From Psammoneis japonica (Eukaryota): 64,000 bases of DNA. This document shows, one piece after another, positions 1 to 12,700 of the stretch. Below the pieces are notes generated by a model. It was not told the origin of the DNA. It was given only the letters and a program-made list of their open reading frames with translations, and made no database searches. Each line of letters opens with the position of its first letter. Position 1 is the stretch's first letter. The stretch covers positions 186,001 to 250,000 of the forward strand of contig QPGO01000005.1 of NCBI GenBank assembly GCA_008632985.1, written 5' to 3'. A program made the position numbers and the translations under genes.

Positions 1-262
1 TTTTGCAAGGAAAGGACGTCCCAATGCTGGTCCAATGGCAATGTTGCTTCCGTTCAAGAAGGAACAGAACAACATGCTTCGGCACTTCGGGCGCACGTCG
101 GAGGGAGGCCACGTCATACAGAAAGTTCTACACAGCTGTCGTATGTGACGTTTTGCATGACGTGGTATTTTGCCCCAGTCCATCCGTCCTTCCATCCCCC
201 TTTCCCGCTTTTTTTTGTTGGAAGTTTCAAGTTGCATCCAAAAGATACATATGAGATGAAAG

Positions 263-923
263 ATGCGGTTCGTCAACATGTCAGTCACCACTACTGTTAG
301 TACCTTTCTGCTTTTACTTGCATGCCCCCTTTCAACTCTTGCGTTAAATGTGTCATTGCCGGTGGGTCGGGTGAATTTGGTCGATTGCTGGCATCAAAAT
401 TAGACGCAGCACGACACGACGTTACCATTTTGACACGAAATGCCTACTTGGCGTCTGCACCGAACCGTGTCACGGAAGCGTTTGGCTACGTTGGCCTACC
501 CTTTTGGAGAAGCATCCTCGAGTCTCATTGCGTGACTGGGACGGTGGGGATTTGCTCGACATTGTGGGAAAAGATTGGGTCGGTTGGCAAGACGACACAC
601 TCAAGAATGCTGATTGCGTTGTGAATATGGTGGGTGGGTATACTGAGCAACGCACCATGGCTACGGAACGGATTGTAAGAGAATCCTTACGAGTCAATCC
701 GTCGGCACTACAAATCACAGTCAGTCCACGGGAGGAGGACTTGCCAATCATTTCACCTGGAATGCCGACAATGAAGCAACAAAGGCTGAACGAATGCGAA
801 GACATGGTGAAAGCGAACTGCATGAACTCTATCTGTTTGAGATTGGAGTGCAATCTTTTTGAACAGAATTGCGATGAGATTGTAAAAGCTATTGAAAGTC
901 AAGCAAGGGTGAAGGTAGAGTAG
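263..923 (+). CDS. NAD(P)-binding Rossmann-fold protein (epimerase/SDR-like) with N-terminal signal peptide
   Basis: ATG 263 opens a hydrophobic leader (STFLLLLACPLSTLA). CVIAGGSGEFG is a dinucleotide-binding motif, followed by DVTILTR and ADCVVNMVG. ORFs 322..624 and 504..923 join if single bases are restored in short homopolymers (~347, ~503). Confidence 0.7.
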
Positions 924-986
924 AGAGTAGGTGGTCAAAATACCGTCAAGATGTCAGAAATCTCCAATAAGAAAAGCTAACGCCGT

Positions 987-2958
987 TTACCATCTAGTAT
1001 CAATCACCATTGTACTGTTGCTGCTGGTATCAGTTTGTAGAGACGGCACAATGTGGTATCGAGTATGCAGTATTTGTTGCGCGTCGTTCCCGAACGGACC
1101 TCCTGTTGCAACAAGGTTGGGATTGTCGTAGAGTGCGGGCAACCTTTTGTTTTCAAAACTCATGGTCGCAGCACGAGACTGCTGTGTCTTTTTCATTACC
1201 TTTTGAGTCTCTTGAACGCGATGTCGTGTCTCGGTAGGTGTCTCTCGCTGTTGAGTCATGAGGGTTCCGGCACGCACTTGTCCGCCACCATTCGGACAAC
1301 CTGAAGGACACGCCATTGCCTCAATGTAATGATAAGGAGATTCATCGTCGTCAGTACTCTTGAAAGGCTGCAAAACTCGTTGAATGTTTTGCAACCCATA
1401 GGCGGTCGCGAAACGTAAAACAGCAGAGCTATCCGGTTGTTCCTCTTGACACGAATAGCTTCCGTCTGCATGTCGATAGAGGGCAGCTTCAAAAAAGTCA
1501 GCGTTTCGATTTTGGGAGGCGACAACCCGGGCGCTCTGAATTCGTGCCTTGCGTAACTGAGAAATGACGGGTTTCCAAGGGACAGTCGTCACATGATATC
1601 CAAAGAGTTCACGTGCGGCAAACCGAAAGACAAAGTCGGCGTATCCTCCAGAACCAAATGGATAAAACGCCGGCTTGGACGACTGAACACCATTCTCAAT
1701 AATAGATTCTCGGAATCGAAACACTTGAAGGTGTTCATATCTGAAACCAACAAAGGTCCCGTCTGGCCGTCCAGTTTAAAGTCCCAAACATTTTCGACGG
1801 GAGAGAGTGAGAATGTTTCTAGATATGCTCGAATCTCGTGCGGCAGAACGCCACTGCTTTCTTCGGCAACTGGATGAACCATCTTTTGCATTACGTCTTT
1901 TCCTTGAGCAGGTCCAACCACTCCTGTGTTGTAATGACAAGATCAGTATCCGGCACGTCGTCGTGTTGCGCCAAGTCCTTTCGGGAGGCTTCGAGTTTCT
2001 TGTCATGACACGGCATGATTGCAATGTGCAAACAAGACTTTGTTTGTCGCTTACACAGTGTCGCAGCAATCGCCATGGGACTCTTGGTGGAAGCCAAATG
2101 AGAAACAGCGTTCTTTGTATTCTTTTCTACCAAACAAACCAAAGCAGGACAAGAGGAAGTCAAAATAGGAGCTTTTGGTTCGATACATGCCTTCTGCCTG
2201 GATTGTGATCAACAAGACGAGATTCACCATTGGCAAGCATGAACCTTGTTTGCGTGGTTGACAATGCTACGGATGGTGTGTCTAGAGGAATTTCATTGGC
2301 TTCGTTGCTGGGTTCAACATCCATTTCGTCGTTGCTTGTCTGCGATTTTCGGTAACGTGACAAAACTCAAAAGCCGCCTCCAGTAAGGAGTATTCCAGAG
2401 GTATTTGTCCATCCATCACAACCGATACATTACAGGCAATGTGTAAGAAGGTCGTCATTCTTCGTGTCCATGTTTCAAAGTCGTCTGTGATTCCCAAAGC
2501 TCTCCACATGTCTGCAAGAGACGCGGGGGACATTGTAACAAAAATAGGTCGTTTCTGGGACTGAGCTTCTTGACACTTGCTATGAAGCGATGCAAGAGAT
2601 GCTGCTCAATTAAAACGGTTTCGGCGGTCGTGACACACCCAGAACACGCGAGACAATCAGCCAAAGAAAATGACGCATCGTTCTTCTGTTGTCTGTTGTG
2701 CTTTCGGGTGGCTGGGGTTGGGTCGAGACGGGCTCGTTTACCACAGGATTTACGAGGCCTGTGCCGTTGGCTGTTAGTTTCTGACGTCGACGACGAACCA
2801 CTCGTCGAGGCTTCACAACGTTTTTGTTGTTGTTGTTGTTTCGTGGCAGAAGAACTCTCCTCCTCTTTTTTCCTGTCACCTCCGGAGAACAACGGATTGA
2901 TACATGCCTGAGACGGTGCCAAGTAATCATCGACGTTTGTCAGAAACACAGAGGACAT
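987..2958 (-). CDS. NAR1: Cytosolic Fe-S cluster assembly factor Nar1/NARFL (iron-only hydrogenase-like)
   Basis: Motifs DDYLAPSQACINP, SLADCLACSGCVTTAETVL, TSSCPALVCLVEK, IMPCHDKKLEASR, YIEAMACPSGCPNGGGQ, LHTRYH and a terminal W, split across several frameshifted ORFs. Confidence 0.93.
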
Positions 2959-3129
2959 GCTGGGGGATCAACAAGAGCTGTAAGACGCAATCAAGAGAAC
3001 TAAAGAGAGATAAAGAAAACGCAATGCACTGTGTTGCCTTTCGCTTCGCGTCGATCGTCTTCATTGGCATTGTTGGGTCGCGGCTGATGGTCGCGGTTTG
3101 GCGGCAGTCAAAGCCGGTCGAAACCAGAC

Positions 3130-5905
3130 GTTGTCTGATGGGATGTGAATGAATGAGATCACTGTTGGCCAGTTTTGGATCGTTGATTGCAAGTTGCAGA
3201 AGCAGAAGCTCAGATCCACATCACAGTTGCATGCCAGCATCACTTTGCTTTTGCAGCTGCCACAATGCTGGCAAAGAACCTGTTGAACAAGCACCACAAG
3301 GCCAAAGATGCTGCCGCACATTGGTGCCTGGCTTTTCTCGGCATCATGTGGCGTCAAGTTCTCTTTGGCCCCTGGAGTTTGACCCACTCCTCTGCATCTG
3401 TTGGAGTGTCCTGCAGTGGGGAACATCCGCAATCATGCCTGCCATTGCCACCCCTCCTCCTTCTTTTTTAAGATCGACCTGCAACATGCAGGCTGCAGCT
3501 TTTTGCCCTTGAAGTCTTTTGCAAAAGCATGATCCAGTGGTGGCTGGGGCTGAAAGCCATGCACCACACAATGAACAAGTAACCCATGCAGGCTCAGGGG
3601 TTGTTCAGGCTCAGGTCAACCCATGGGTGGGGTCTCTGTTGCCCTGGTTGGTGCACACCTTGAAGCCAATTTCTCTGAACTTGGGCAGGCAGACAGCAGC
3701 AAGCTGGGAGGGCCTCCACCAGATGCCCATTGAAGTGTGGTGGAGTTTTCCCCTGCTCTGTCTGTGGCTTGGCTGTCTGGTGCACATCTTGATTTTTTCT
3801 CTGCTGTGCAAAAGACATGGTCATTGGCTTTGGAGAAGAGCCAAGGAGTGTGCAGCTGGTTTGCCCATTTTCCTGGAGAGCTCATTGAGCTCGCAATTGA
3901 CTGTTCTGAGCAATGGCCAGGTGGCACACAGTGAGAGCTTTTTGCTGCCACAGTTGCCAGCAAGGACAGGATGGATGACATGATGCTGCTGCTTTGGGCT
4001 GGTCACAATCAGAGCAACATTGTGCTGCACCACCATGCCAACACTCTGGAAGGCTGTGCACTCTTTTGAAGTGGGCAAACAAGGTTAGAAAGAGAGCAAG
4101 GCTCAGCGCAAGGCAGAGAGAGCCAATGGGGTGATGTGGCCCATGTTTCAGTGGCTGGCACCCAGTGCCAACTGGGGGGCCATCAAGAGAAAAAGTTTGG
4201 CCACTGCACCCAATTCCAGCACCAGAGCTCTGCTGCAGGAAGGCTGCTGTCTTGGCAATTCCTTGGTTGACAAACAGCTCAGCCAGGCCCTGGCCATCAA
4301 ACCACCTTGGAGCAAACAAGATTTTCCTGGGAAGGATCTTGGGCATCCCATGGCATGTGTCATGATGTCCATTTTTTGAACAATTTAGATCCATTGGATG
4401 GATGGCAAAATTGAGGTGATGTCCAATCTGCTGGCAGGCAAATCCCTGCAAATGTCAGGGCCTCCTGTCTCTGCTCTGAAGAGGCCCTGACATGTCAGTG
4501 AGAGCCAATGAATCAGGAGCACCAGTGTGCATGACACAGTGCTGTGCTGCACTGGTGTGGTGTGGCAGACATGGTGCTGCACCATGTGCTGGCATTGCTC
4601 AGGTTCACCTCACCCAAAATTCCAAAACAATGGGCGCATCACTGTTCTGCATCTGCCACACAGCTAAATTGCCATTGCAATGCATCAACACATTGCCAGC
4701 AAATCTTTCTAACAAGCATTGTTGAACCAAAAATGCTGCCCAGCTCTTCCCAGTGTGTTGTCAAATTTTCTTTAGCCCCCAGAGTTTGACCTTCTCCTTT
4801 GCATCTGCGGGAGCATGTTGAAGTGTGGAGCACAATCATGCCTGCCATCATTGCCATCCCTTCTTGTAAGATCCACCAGCAAAGCAGATTGCAGCTTCAT
4901 CCTTGGCGCCTTTCAATGGAGCCTTCAATGGTGGCGGCACTCAAAGCCATGTGCAGAACAAATGACCAACTCACAGGACTGAGTGGCTGGCACTCAGGCC
5001 CACCCATGTGCAGTGCTTGTGCCACTCTGCTGGTTTGATGCACCTTTGCACCATTTCTCTGAACTCAGGCAGACAGCCAGACAGACAGCTGTCTAGGAGG
5101 GCCTCTGCCAGATGCCCGCTGAAGTTGTGGAATTGCTTCCTGCTCCATGTGTGGCTCTGCAGCCTGGTGCACATCTCAACCCTTCAACTGCAGCACAGCA
5201 GATGTGATTGCCTTTTTTGGAAAAGAGCCGAGGGGTGTGCATCTGATTTGCCCACTTCCGCAATGCTTGCTGAGCTTGCAGTTGATTGTTCTGACCAGTG
5301 ACCAAGTTGCACATGGTGTTGGCTTCTTGCCACAGCCACCAGCAGGGAAGTTTGGAGTGACATGGTCATTGTGTTGCACCCTGCCAGCATTCTGGAAGAG
5401 CACATTTTCCATTGCCTGGCACAGTGTCTGAATTTCTCAGCACCCTCAACCTCGTTCAACAAACACCATTTTTTCAAAAATGTGCCCCAGTGCACCCCAA
5501 AGTTTTGTGGGTGCTTCCACCAAAAAGGAGTCATCATCTCCAAGGAGTGGAAAAACAAGGTTGGCAGGAGAGCAAAAGTCAGCATCGCAGCAGGAGCGAC
5601 AGAGCTGACAGAGCGACTCAGCTCATCATGTTTCAGCGGTTGGCAACACTGGTTGGTGCAGCCAAGAGAACAAAAGGTGTGGCCACTGTGCCCCCCCAAG
5701 CTCCAGCGCCATCATCCTGTTGTGGAAAACAAGGCTGCTGTCTTGGTGGTTCCTTGCTGGACAAAGAGCTTCAGCTGCTGGGCCCCGACCACCAAACTGC
5801 CGTCAAAAAATCTAAATCCCAGGGCCTGCCTGGCTGCCTGGTCGGTAGAGGGCCTCTTTAGGCCTGCCGCGCCTTGACACGTCAGTGAGAGCCAATGAAT
5901 CATCA
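3130..5905 (+). pseudogene. Two tandem decayed copies (~1.39 kb period) of an unidentified gene; TpA- and CpG-depleted
   Basis: TGACA(T/C)GTCAGTGAGAGCCAATGAATCA at 4488-4515 and 5875-5902. Matching relic peptides in both copies: VKFSLAPGV/VKFSLAPRV, IMPAIA/IMPAII, VIGFGEEPRSVQLVCP/VIAFFGKEPRGVHLICP. In-frame TGA codons probably derive from CGA. Confidence 0.65.
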
Positions 5906-6053
5906 GAGAGGTTCACCTAAACGAACACCACCCGAAATCAGCGCATCATCACTTGTTCTTGTTCTGCATCCAACACGTAATCGATAGCTAAACAACCATC
6001 GCATCACAACGCATCGATATTCCGCGCTTCTAAAGCAGGTTCTGGACTATTAT

Positions 6054-6575
6054 ATGCAACCCCTCCTTTCTCGACAATTGTATCAAAACATGGAACCTGC
6101 AGACTACGAAGAAAAAGATAATGACAACTGTCAGTTTTGTCGCTGGGGAGCGACGCTGTTTGGCAAAAAGAAGCTCGTGTTTGATGGGACAACGATGTTG
6201 CCAGATGATGATTCGTTTGAGGAGGTGTTGAAACCTCATGACTCCTCGTCTAGAAGTACCGACGACGATAGCACCGAGGATGGTATCACCACCTTGTCGG
6301 AAGAGAAGCAAGAAGAGCTCCTGTCGACAGGCAAGAAGCTTGTTGTGGATTGCTGCATCAAGTCGGTTCAAATGGACATTCCGGGCCTGTCGAAAAAGAA
6401 GAGTGTCAAAATGATGCAAAAGTGGCGAGGGAAAATGGATAACGAGTTGGAGGAGACTATTGCTGCTGGTAGTCACGTGGACGAGACTGCGATTCAAGAA
6501 CTGGTGGAAAAACGATTTGAAAAAGTACAGGCTCAGATGCACGCCAAAGGGAGCAAGAAAAGCATGAGGTTATAG
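6054..6575 (+). CDS. Hypothetical acidic/helical protein in an unmutated island
   Basis: Intact 173-aa ORF with normal composition (Tyr, TpA and CpG present); no recognisable domain; start uncertain. Confidence 0.55.
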   Translation: MQPLLSRQLYQNMEPADYEEKDNDNCQFCRWGATLFGKKKLVFDGTTMLPDDDSFEEVLKPHDSSSRSTDDDSTEDGITTLSEEKQEELLSTGKKLVVDCCIKSVQMDIPGLSKKKSVKMMQKWRGKMDNELEETIAAGSHVDETAIQELVEKRFEKVQAQMHAKGSKKSMRL

Positions 6576-6779
6576 AAAAGGAGAGAGTTGGACGTACGAT
6601 GAGTGTCTCTAGAACCTTGGAGGTGTGTTACTGAATGTAACTATATAGATTGCACATAGAGTTATCATGAAATGCTTCGAGGACTCATGCGACACTGACA
6701 CTTAGGGATTACGTTCTCGAGCCAATGAAAGCAAAGTCTCGCGAAGCTGCTCAATAGCAGAACTTTGCGAGTGACGGCA

Positions 6780-9700
6780 ATCACGCACCAGTGGGAGTCA
6801 GGCATGCTGAGGGAATGCCTCGATGATCCTAACGGCGTCCGTCTCAGCTGCTGGCATAGACCTAAGGGGCCCAGTGGCTATTGCCAGAGTCATCTTCCAA
6901 AATCGAGTTTTGGCATCCATGGGCAAGAAGATGGGCACCAAGAGGCCTGGTTGCTGTCTCCTTGTTTGCTGCCATCTTGTTGGTTGCAACTGACCATTTG
7001 GGAGAGCTGCCTCTCACAGAGGTTTCTCGATTTGGGTGCAATCCTTTTTTGTGAGAGAGGTGGCTGTGCCAGTGGGCATTCAATCAATTTCATGATCCCC
7101 AGTCAGTGAAAGCCACACTTCTGTTCCATTGGGGTGACCTGATCTAACTTGATCTATCCATTTGATGACTCTTCAGTCTTCATCACTTCTGCTTGTTGGG
7201 CCTCGAAAATGCCCTCCATGGTGGCAGCCAGTGCTTCTAGCATCCCATGTGTTCATGTGATGCCTCCAATTAATTGACTTCAGCTCTGTCACCCTCATGA
7301 TCTAGAAGGGAAGTGTCAACTGGAGTTTCTTCTGTGGAGCTGCAAAGCCGCAGACCATTGTTCCACTTCAATGAAGCCAAGACAAGCGGCTTTGCTCTGG
7401 TGAGATGAGTTCTCAGTTGGTGGCCCCAATGACACTTTCCAAGCAGTTTGACATTTCTTGAATTCTTGCCAGTGGTGCAGCTTCACAGGTGATGTTGGTG
7501 GTGTTTTCCAGGGTGTGGGAGAGATCTGTGTCATCTGCAAACAGGGTGCAGTGCATGCTTTGAAGTCAGCGCAGCTGCCTTGGTGCTGTGAGCACCTTTT
7601 CTTGTGCAGCGTGTTGACAACTGGGATTTGACCACCAACCAGATGGCGCAGGAGCTGCATCACAACTTTGGAACATTCCTTGCATGAGTGTTTGAGGGTG
7701 CTGCACTGCTTCCATAAATTGCTGCAAACTCAGTGACATGTTCATCTGCTTCTTTTGGCAGAACAGAGCAGCAGGTCCCAATCTGGGTGGGGCTTGTTCA
7801 GCTGCTGAGATGTCTGGGTTGCATCCTGATTCACTGAAAAGGAGCCTCTTTGTGAATGGGACAGCAGCATGGCTGATTTTTGTTCTGGTCTGACCACATC
7901 TTGATTGACCTTCTCCTTTGCATGCTTTCTTCCATGCCCTCCTTGGCCAAAAACACTTGGTGGTGTTTGTGCCATTGGGCCCTGGTCATGCTGCAGCCAT
8001 CCAAAGAGTTGGTCTGAACTTGCCTGTGCACTCTTTTCATTCATTGACGTGTGCATTTTTCTTGGCAACTGTGGCAAATGAGTCTTTCTTCATGTTCTTG
8101 AGAAGCAGTGCCATTGGCATCAACTTGTTTGACATGGTGCACTTTGAATGTGTCTTGCCACAGCTTTGCATCTCATGCTTTTTCAACTTGTGGTGTCTTT
8201 TCATTGCCAGCTTGTGCTGCTCTTCTGTGTCTGATGCAGTCAGAAGGCAAGAGCATTCCATCTCCCTGTGAAAACCTCATTCCAATGCCATGTGTTGTCT
8301 TGAGGCATGCTTGTCAGTGATGGCACAGCTTGGAGATGAGTTGCCTCAGATGAGCTTCTTTCCTGGCCTTGTTGATTTTTGTCAGAGAGCTCAACTTTTC
8401 ACATCCATGTGCACTTTCTGGCACTTCTCCTTTGCTGTCTAACAAATCTGATGGTTGAGCACAAAGATTGTTGCACTCTCAAGCCAGACAGCTCTGAACA
8501 GGAGATCATGTTTCCACACTTCTTTCATGACAAGTTTTGCACATCTTCTCACAAAACACCTTGGGATCTTTTGGCTTTCCTGCCAGCCTGTCTGGTTTCA
8601 CATCTCCACACCAGTTTTGGCAGAGCCCACCCCAGGGCACTCAGTTTGGCAGTGTCTGCTGCCCCATGACAACCTGTGGTCTGAAGTGCAATCAAAATTG
8701 CCAAATCTGGTCATGCCTGCCTCAGAAACTTCCAGCAATGGCAGCAAATTTTGATTGGCTTTTGTCACAAAGAAGATCCAGGTGTGCACACTTTGCTGCA
8801 TTTGCCAAATGCAAGGACAAGTGCCACACTGCAAATGTTGCTCCTCTTGCATTTTTGCCAATGTCTTCTTGCCCTGGAACAATGAGGTGGTCTTTTTTCC
8901 AGCCACTTCTCATTTCTTTCCCCAAGTCTTCTTGCAATGCTTTCCTTTGGGTGTGCACCCCATTGTTCATTGATGACAGACATGTTTCCTGTTGACAGAA
9001 GACTGACCCCGGGCTCACTTGACTGTCTTGCACTGGTCTGTGTGCAATGCAGTGATGATTCTTGTGTGAACAATGCCAGCTTTGCTTTGAATTTTGACCA
9101 CACCCCATCTTCCCAATCTTGTTGGGTCAGGTCCTTTTTCAATCAAATGGCACCTGACCAATTTGAGATTGTGCAACAACATTGCCCATGCTCTTCACTG
9201 ACACTCAGTCTCCACATGGCAATGTGAGTTTGTTGCTGCCACAGAGCTGTTTTCTCAAAGGTTGCAACACCTGCCTTTCCATTGTCTGTGTTTTGGAAGT
9301 CTTGCAAAGCTCAGATTGACTTGGATGACACCCATGATGTCAACATGTGAGTTTCAGTGATCCAGCAACCTACACCCTTGTGTTTGTCCTCTGATGTGAC
9401 TGACACAGGGAGGCCACTGACATGATTTTGGAGGGTGATTTGGTCAGTGTTGCAGCTTTTTTTGTTGTGCAGTGCCCTGCTTGCCACCCTTCTGTGGACT
9501 GAAATGTTTTTCATTTGCGCCCTCCTCTTGTGGCAATCAACAAATCCACCAAGGACTGGGGAGGAGGCTCAGTGGTTGTGACCCAATCCCTTGGCCTGGG
9601 AGTCAGAAAGTTCTCACCTGAAAGAGTGTCCTTGAACATCATGGCTTCAAGCCATGCTTTTGCTGTTCTTCAGTCATTGCCTTGTTGGGAATTGTTGCAA

Positions 9701-12700
9701 CAAAGTCATTGTTTTCTTGCTTGCACTCTCCTGCCTTGAGCAAACAACTTGCAAAATGTTGGCTGTCTGCCCCCCCCCCCCCCCTGGGAGACTTTTCCCA
9801 GGTGGTTGACTCTTGTGCTGAATTTGTGCAGAACTTCCATGGTTTGACAACCTTCCAGCTGTTGTCAGCACTGGCATCATCCTCTTCTTGGATCAGCTCT
9901 GTTGCTTTTCACCATGTCCTTTGCCTCTTTTGTCTTCTTGTCTCCTTTTTGCATGGCGGGCTGTTGTTTTTTCTTTGCTGCAGTGGCTTTGGTGTTGTTT
10001 GCACATGAAAGCTCACAATTGTGCAGATGAAAATCACTGTTTGTGACAGTGCTGACTTTTTTCTGTTTTTTTTTCAACACTTGTCACACATCATCAAGGT
10101 GTGCTCACCAAAGCACTGATGTTCTCGGGCAGCAGCCCCACTTGGGAATCCACAGAGACTTCCAACACTGGTGCATTTGCCCCTGAGCAGGCCAAAATCA
10201 TTTTGCCATCTGAATTTTGGGGCTGAATTTTGGGAAACACTGCTGTGTTGCATTTGACATGTGGGGGGATCTCTTGTTGCACTTGGGCACCAGCATGTCA
10301 CAACAGTTGATGGCTTCATTCTGACACTTTGATCTTGAATCAATTCCAGGCAGTCTGGGGCTCAAAGCCAACAATGGACCCATCTTCCATCCTTTGGCAA
10401 TCTTTCAAGAAATTTGGCCACATTGCACTCCAGATTTTGAAGCTTGTTTTGAATGTGATCACACACCAGACAAAAGTGGGGCGCACCAGCATGTTCCATG
10501 CAAAAATCAATTGTCCAGATGGCATGACAGTGAAAACAGGGCTCCATGGCTCAAATGCTGGTTGACACGGGTGCTCCAATGACAGAGGAACAGCATGATG
10601 GCATTCTGAACCCAACAGACAATGGTCTGCCAGCACAATCTAACATGTGCTGGGACAGCAGTGACAACAAGGTTCAGTCAGAAAGAAAGAGAGCAGAGAG
10701 ACAGATCTGCTCAGCTGTCTGGGTCTGGCCATCATCCACAGATCTGGTGTTCTGACAAAAACAGGGGCAGAAAAAGCCAAAGAAAACCAGTGATGCCACA
10801 GGAGTCAACAGCGGCACCAGAGGACATGTTGCTGAGAGGGGCAGCATGCAGTCCAGGCATGCCAATCACTTGCACCAGCAGGCAAAACTTGGAAAGGAGT
10901 GGCAGAATTGTTTCACCACATGGCTGTGCCAAGCTGTTTTGCATCTTGGCAAAAGGGCTTGTCAAAGACCACACAGCTTGCTGCACCCTTCCTCTCTGCC
11001 AAAGTGAACTCCACCCCCTCTGTTGTGTTGGCCATTGCTGTGAAAAACTCAGCAGATGCCTGGACTCTCTCAAGGGAATGTGAGAGACCCTGTGTTTGTC
11101 CTTGATGAGCCAAGAGCACCACTCTGGGGCTGGTCATGACTCATGAGTCCACAACATGCAAAACTGTGCATTGTTGCCAAGCAGAGGTGTGTTGCCAGCC
11201 ATCATTTGTTTTTGGTGTTGGTTGTCCACACAATTTCCCAGTGCATTGCAGTTCCTGTTGAAGAGGAGTCTTGCTCAAAAATGTCACAACAGGCACAACC
11301 ACTTCCTCTTCGCATGTGGAAAACCTCAATGTCATGCAGAAACATGCACAGCATCATGCAATGGGGTGGCTGGTGCCAGCAACATTTTTGTGGGAAATCA
11401 ATTGAAAAGTGTTGTCTGATCACCACAGGCACCTCTCTTTTTTGCATGGCAAAGAACAGCACCTTTCACCAGAGACAACATTTGGGTTGATCCCCCCTCC
11501 CCCCCTCTTTTTTTGTTGATCAAGTCTGCAAGTGCCAGAGGTCATGAGAGCAACAAACTCCACTCCTGAGTGTGGTCCCTTCCAGCACTCAACAACCCCA
11601 CTTTCATGGGTCTGACCACATGGCAGACAGCAGCAGAGAGGCTCCAATCTTTCACTCTGTTGGGATTGTTGAGCAACTCCATGCCAGCAAGCATCAGTTC
11701 TTCTTGGAAGACAGAATTTGAGTTAAAGATTGCTTCTCCCATCTGCCTGTGTTTCCCTGGGTGAGGTCTGGTGCACACAGAAATCATCTTGCATGCTGTG
11801 CCTCACAGTGCACACACCACCATGGTCTCTCTCACACAGAAGTGTGCACACCAGAGATTCCCTGCCACTGCCACCACCTGAGGGACTGGCTTGGCCACAC
11901 AACCTTGATGCCATCACCATGCCACAATGCAGCTGACAAATGGCCACAAAACCAACCAATGCACAATGAACCCACCCACCTGGTGTGCTGACCATGCATG
12001 GACATGCACGCTCATGCACTGCTGCTGAGACAGCAGCCAAAACCTTGGCAGAACAAATCTGTGGATCCAACTCTCTTCATTTTGTTTCCCAGCCCTGTGC
12101 CACCACAGCTGACCCAATCACTGCCAATCATTTGCTGAGAACAATGAGGAGAACTGGGGAGGCCCAGCCACCTCATCATTGTCAATCATCTGTCCATCCA
12201 CCTTCTCATTCACATGCCAAGAACTCAGCATGACAATGATTGGAAGAAATGGCAGACAATGATGCAACAGTGCTCACATCACCATTCTTTTGAGCAAATC
12301 TGATCAAGTGAGATGCTGCAACAGCACACCTCAATGCTGCTGCTTCAGGATGACCATCATGCTGAATTGGTTCCTTGAGTTCCTGTAGATTGTGCTGCCA
12401 CTGACAGTGCTTTTGTGTGGGTCCACCAGTTGGGTGAACTTGACTGTTGGTGTGAAGAGCAGGACAGTCCATCACACAAGCTGTCACAAGTGATTGTTTT
12501 CCAGAACACACTCCTTTGTCACTCAAGAAGGATTCACTTAAAAGAAGGATTCAAAGACAGCTCAAAGTGGTGGCAACCAAGGCCAATGTCAAGCTGTGAC
12601 AGAGCTGCTTCTGTTGGCTCCACCCATTGGTCCAAATCTGGTGACCAGGGAACAACATGTGAGGTTTTTGACACAGTCTTCAGGCAAGCCATGAGACACA

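Noticed and set aside
987..2958. True [FeFe]-hydrogenase
   Set aside because: N-terminal DDYLAPSQAC and the C-terminal LHTRYH...W pattern match Nar1/NARFL.
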